This document shows positions 45,424 through 50,477 of a stretch of DNA of 50,477 nt, piece by piece. The stretch comes from Octopus bimaculoides (taxonomy: Eukaryota), in the NCBI RefSeq assembly GCF_001194135.2, contig NC_068981.1, positions 31,995,299 through 32,045,775 of the forward strand, given 5' to 3'. Position 1 is the first letter of the stretch. Every line of letters starts with the position of its first letter. The translations under genes were made by a program, and so were the position numbers. Below the pieces are notes generated by a model. The model was not told where the DNA came from. It made no database searches and saw only the letters and a program-made list of their open reading frames with translations.

Positions 45424-48400
45424 TTCTGTGATATTTGTTATTGTTTAAATCACTCTAGTTCCGGCGGCGTGCCATAATAATCAAAAACCTTCAGGCCACT
45501 TTGTTCTCCTTTAAGAATAGTTTAACGTGTCTCTTTCTTGTTTTTAGAGACAGTAGATGTACTTTAGGGGAGATTTTAATTCGTTAACGTTTATGCAAAA
45601 CCATTGTTTTGATGTAGGGACATAGTGAATTCAATCTGTCCAAGGATTGATATTTATTTGTTTTCGAACCACAAAAATGAAAAATTAAAATGCAAAATAC
45701 ACTACGGTGGGATTTGAACTCAGGACGAGAATGGCTATTAGTAAATACTACAAAATATATTTTCGACGCTTTAGCCGTTCATCATCCACCGCTTCGAAGT
45801 AGCTTCAAAGTATGTAGAGGGGTCTTTTCGGATCATTATAATGCACACATTTAATATATCCACTTAGAGAGTGAATATTTAGAAGCATCTATGAAAATGG
45901 TATACAGAATTCTTGCATAATCTTACGCTAATTGAATTTCTATGTGTATGTATGAGTTTGTTGGCGTGTGAGACATTTAATTTTTTTTTTTACTAATAAT
46001 CTAAGTTATTTAGAGTTTTAAAATGTAAATTAATAATTGGTTTTAAGAGAATCCATTTCTGTAATTCTTAGCTTTTATTCAGAAAAATGTAAATTCCTGA
46101 AAGTATATTCGATAATGATTAGTTAAGTAGCCATTAACTTATTGATTTCTTGTATAATTCTCACCAACATTATTATTACAACGGAAACCATTTTCAATAT
46201 TACCATTATTTTCTCCGTCTTTCTAACGTTCCATTACTAATTGGTTTCTTTTAAATTTTCTTGTTTTAATTGCTGCTAAAATACATATTTTAATAATCGT
46301 CTAGTCTCCTCTTCTTACTCCTCCTCTTCTATTTTCTACTTCTCCTCTTCCTTCTTCTTGCATCATCATCATCATCATTACCCTTACCACCACCACCACA
46401 ACCACTACCATTATCATCATAAACATTAACGTCTTTATTATTGTTGTTGTTGTTGCTGTTTTTGTTGTTGATGCTATTGTTGTGGTTGTTCTTTGCGTAT
46501 ACTGTTGCCTAAGTCCGTTCTCCCGAAGAAGCTTATGGATTTTATATAAATAATTAACGTATTAAATGTAAGTTGCTTATTTTATATAGTATTATTTTTT
46601 TATTCTATATTTTATTTATTTTTGCAGTTGAATATTATATTTAACATCCCGATTAGCGAAAAAGAAGATATTTCTTGACCATAAGGGGGAAATATTTTGT
46701 TTTAAAAAGAGCAGGTGAGTTCACTCATGAAACTAGGAAGGATAGAGGACATAGGTGGGTGATGAGTTGGACAGGAAACTAGCGGGATTATTATCATCTG
46801 TCAATTGATTTGGTGTGAACTATTTCTATTTTCCCCTCTACCAAATTCACTAAGTGGTATGCATAATCGTTAAGCTATAGATTTCTTGTTTTGTTTTATT
46901 TTTACTGCATATTTCTGTGGAGCTAACAAAGATTGTAACTGCATGATGTTGTAAAGAAAAATTGGACTCTCACTGTAGAGCTAGGAGAAGGGCACGCACA
47001 TTGCAGGGCTGGCTTAAGGAACTGAATACTCTGGATAATAGTGTTATTTTAGAAATTTGTATAGATTGAATTAAAGGTGTTTTTATTGTGTTGTAAAGGA
47101 TATCGTTGATATGCTGAGGTTTACAGCCGCTTATATCCGTCAATAACCAAAGATAAATATTTTCAAGATACTGAATTCATTACTCGATATTCCAGATCCT
47201 TTTGTGGGTGCACGCATGTGTGTGTTGGTTGAAAACGCTGGCATAATGCTGTTGAAGTGCATCGTGTGTGTGATCAAGTTGCAGCATTATATATGCATGA
47301 ACTCATAAAACTTAAGTAACGGATATCGAAACAATATTTGAAATGTGACCTTCAAACATTACGAAATTGTTGCGGATCAACCAGATCGCTCATACGCACA
47401 GTATTCGATAGGCTAATTATTAGTGAAAGTGATGGGTGTCCACATTTTCAAGTATATCTCTACCCGGGTAATGGGGTCATTATATCATTTGACAACATAC
47501 CACCACTTTATCGTGTTACTACTGTACAAATCTCTCTGAGAGATTTAGAAATGTATTATCTCTATCAGTTGATTTCGTTAATAATTCTAGACGTGGACTA
47601 AATAATGATAAATAGAAAGTGTCACTTCTGTCATATTGGAAAATATCCAGAAGTTACAAAGAATTTATATCAGATGTTTTTGTCATTTATTCAGACTATT
47701 AAAGAAATATATCAGTATTATGCGATCTTCCCGCTTGTGATAATTGGACCCAGTCTACCTAGAAATATTCTGTAAGTTGACCTTACAGAAAAGAACTTAT
47801 GATCCGAAAGACACGCACTGGAAGTCATTTATCTCACACATACTCTATGGAAAAACAACCAGAACTACTTGCTGCGATTCTACTCATTCTACCTGGCACA
47901 ATGGAAGAAGGAATTCTACGTCTCACATACAAAGTGGCCTATTATTTGACCTCGTAAACTATCACCTTACCCCACTTGTTGACAGGCTGATGTTACAGTA
48001 TGTTATGTTAGACAGGAACTTCATCGTAGGATTCGTTCCCATGCATCGCCTGTCTGCAAGCTGAGCAACCGAGTGAAAGAGCTATATTTTCTTCTATTAC
48101 TCTTCTCATTTCGTGATTTATCTTAGTTAATGCTTTCATTGTTCTGACTTTACCCATTGCGCATCTAGACTTTAATTTGTTATTGTTTCAATGTTGCTTT
48201 TCCGTTGCTGCCATTTTAAAATTGAAGCCTTATTTACACTTTTATGAAAAGGTCCTTTTATCTTGAAGTGAAGCATTTGAAATTTCCTCATTCAACATAG
48301 TTTTTATATAACTTCTTTTTACTCGTAGAGTTAAATTTCTGAGACGAAGCTTATATTTTTAATTGTAAACAACGTCTGGAACCCGATGTTATCTAGTTCA

Positions 48401-48537
48401 TGTTAATGTGTAGATGATGTTATCAAAGCACACTATCATAACGACCCCTCATAATTTACCCAAATGAAGATATTTCTAGTACTTTCACGTTTAAATCTGT
48501 CAACTCTTTTCAAGAGAAAATGATCAGATAAATTTAA

Positions 48538-48926
48538 TTGTTGTTGGTGGCATTCCGTCGCTTACGACGTTGAGGGTTCCAATTGATCCGATCAACGGAA
48601 CAGCCTGCTCGTGAAATTAACGTGCAAGTGGCTGAGCACTCCACAGACACGTGTACCCGTAACGTAGTTCTCGGGGATATTCAGCGTAGCACAGTGTGAC
48701 AAGGCTGACCCTTTGAATTACAGGTACAACAGAAACAGGAAGTAAGAGTGAGAGAACGTTGTGGTGGAAGATTACAGCAGGGTTCGCCACCATCCCCTGC
48801 CGGAGCCTCGTGGAGCTTTAGGTGTTTTCGCTCAATAAGCACTCACAACTCCCGGTTTGGGAATCGAAACCGCGATCCTGTGACCATGAGTCCGCTGCCC
48901 TAACCACTGGGCCATTGCGCCTCCAC
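48538..48926 (-). mobile_element. Full-length tRNA-derived SINE family C with (CAA)n tail
   Basis: Reverse complement GTGGAGGCGCAATGGCCCAGTGGTTAGGGCAGCGG...GGTTTCGATTCCC (A and B boxes), ending GACGGAATGCCACCAACAACAA. Confidence 0.9.
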
Positions 48927-50334
48927 AAAAAAACGTAATATAATATACTGAAACAGATTAAGTGTTTAGTGGATCAGAAGACAAGTATGAATCTTATTTG
49001 AACAGGGCACTCAGTCTTTGCCGCCCTCATTAGGTTCACGTTGTCACCCGTTTCTAAAATCTAGTACAACTTGGTACAATCTAAATCGCTTTAAAAGAGG
49101 AGAGAAGATAATTTCATCCTTCTGGCAGTTAACATTTATCTGTTAGAGTGAATTTCGTCATTAAGATGTTCGATGTATTCGGCCCCGTTCTTCTCAGAAT
49201 TGCAGTGTTGTTCTCTTCTGATGTGTTTGTTATATAAAAAACATACCGGATTTTCATTAATGGCTCGAGAAGTTCATTCATATTGGTTGGGACAACATTC
49301 GTTAAAGATGTTAAGCCCGTTGTTTTTAGTTTGGACACATATTTTCACGCCTTATTTGTTTCCTTACTGCTCTCAAGATTTTCCCAGCTTTGTCGGAGCT
49401 CCATATATTGGCACTGAGGGTGAATACTTTCGTTTTTCCGTTCTCCAGTACTGTTTTCCAGCGCTAACCATCATCGGGACTCAAGCGTATCCTGCTGTAA
49501 GTACAACAATGTCAACAGCAGCTGAAGTAGCCGTGGTTTTCAACTCAGGATCACATGCTTATGGATGTTGCACGATTTGTTTTATTCACTTTCATTTCGT
49601 TCAGTGACGTTTAAAATCATAGATATATCAATTTATTCTTCTGCTCCGTACTGTCAATCTTATTAATCAACTCTCCACTCTCTAACGCAGGTATAAACTC
49701 GCTATAGTCCCGTGGGCTTTGAAGAGAATTTTTTTTTCATATAGTAAAATAATGTGGCCCTTACGTAATCCAAAAGTCTTCTTTTTCGCACTGAAAATAT
49801 AAAGAATGAGAAAATCATGTCCTTTATTTCTTTTTTCTTACCACTTCAGTTAGGTGTAGTAAAATCCATTTAGAACGAGAGGACTGTAAAACGCGTCTGT
49901 TCAGCGGAGAGAAAAAACACATACAATCAACGATTTCATCCTTCGAAGAAAAAAATTTCTTGTTTGTTTTCTTTTACATTTCAAAATCTTCTAATGAAAN
50001 NNNNNNNNNACACACATGCATACATGTTTGTACATATGACGGCATATGTACTTGTATATGTAGTATCTATAGCCGAAAGAATATGTAAATTGTGTATGTG
50101 TATAAGTACAGAGACATGTATGTACACACGCATATACACATATAAATACATATATTTTGTTGGGTATATATGTGAACGTGTACCTGTCTGTGTGTGTGCA
50201 TATTTGTATGAGTTATATTGCATTATAAAATGCAAGTTTACTTTTTTTATTACTTCACATTTGTTTGTTTTTTTTATGGAAAAGGAAAAACAAAGGAAAG
50301 ACAAGGTTAGAAACCAAATACATTAAAGACCACA

Positions 50335-50379
<45 letters not shown>

Positions 50380-50440
50380 ATTATTATTATTATTATTATT
50401 ATTATTGTTGTTGTTGTTGTTGTTATTGCTATTATCATCA

Positions 50441-50477
<37 letters not shown>
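50335..50477. repeat. (ATT)n/(GTT)n/(ATC)n microsatellite
   Basis: Direct reading. Confidence 0.95.

Noticed and set aside
47744-48064. 106-aa ORF in non-repetitive sequence
   Set aside because: No recognisable motif, a non-ATG start and no clear splice signals.
48850-48926. Functional tRNA gene
   Set aside because: The A/B boxes belong to a SINE head continuing into a 390-bp body and tail, and no complete cloverleaf is evident.
49871-49902. GAACG-AGAGGA-CTGT-AAAACGCGTC-TGTTC hammerhead-like string
   Set aside because: It needs at least three core changes and has no stem II, so it is indistinguishable from chance.

Overview
Repeat-dense eukaryotic (non-prokaryotic) DNA: AT-rich and saturated with (TA)n, (CA)n, (TATG)n, (GA)n and (ATT)/(CAT)n microsatellites. 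It has 11 N-gaps (~4.7 kb in total), most flanked by microsatellites. The TE mix (R4/Dong-like, CR1/L2-like, Tx1/L1-like, Penelope-like, several tRNA-derived SINE families, a Tc1/mariner-type DNA transposon) looks like an octopus/coleoid cephalopod genome; this is inference from recalled repeat families, not from a search. No intact host gene, rRNA, tRNA gene or CRISPR array is supportable, and nearly all long ORFs in the track are microsatellite or N-gap artefacts. The region is probably intronic or intergenic, with only isolated splice-signal candidates. Most notable: (1) several hammerhead-ribozyme-like motifs in Penelope-type terminal repeats, including a 3-copy family in which the core C3-G8 pair is replaced by U3-A8; (2) two different inverted-repeat elements carrying TTAGGG cassettes, one with perfect 28-bp GG-ended TIRs and an 8-bp TSD (Merlin-like); (3) a SINE trimer whose junctions recur at the same nucleotide; (4) a LINE/SINE shared 3' tail with a covarying stem-loop; (5) an internally deleted Tx1-like LINE; (6) a candidate recursive splice site. 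All translations and folds were done by eye. Boundaries are approximate (about +/-10-20 bp) unless stated as exact.
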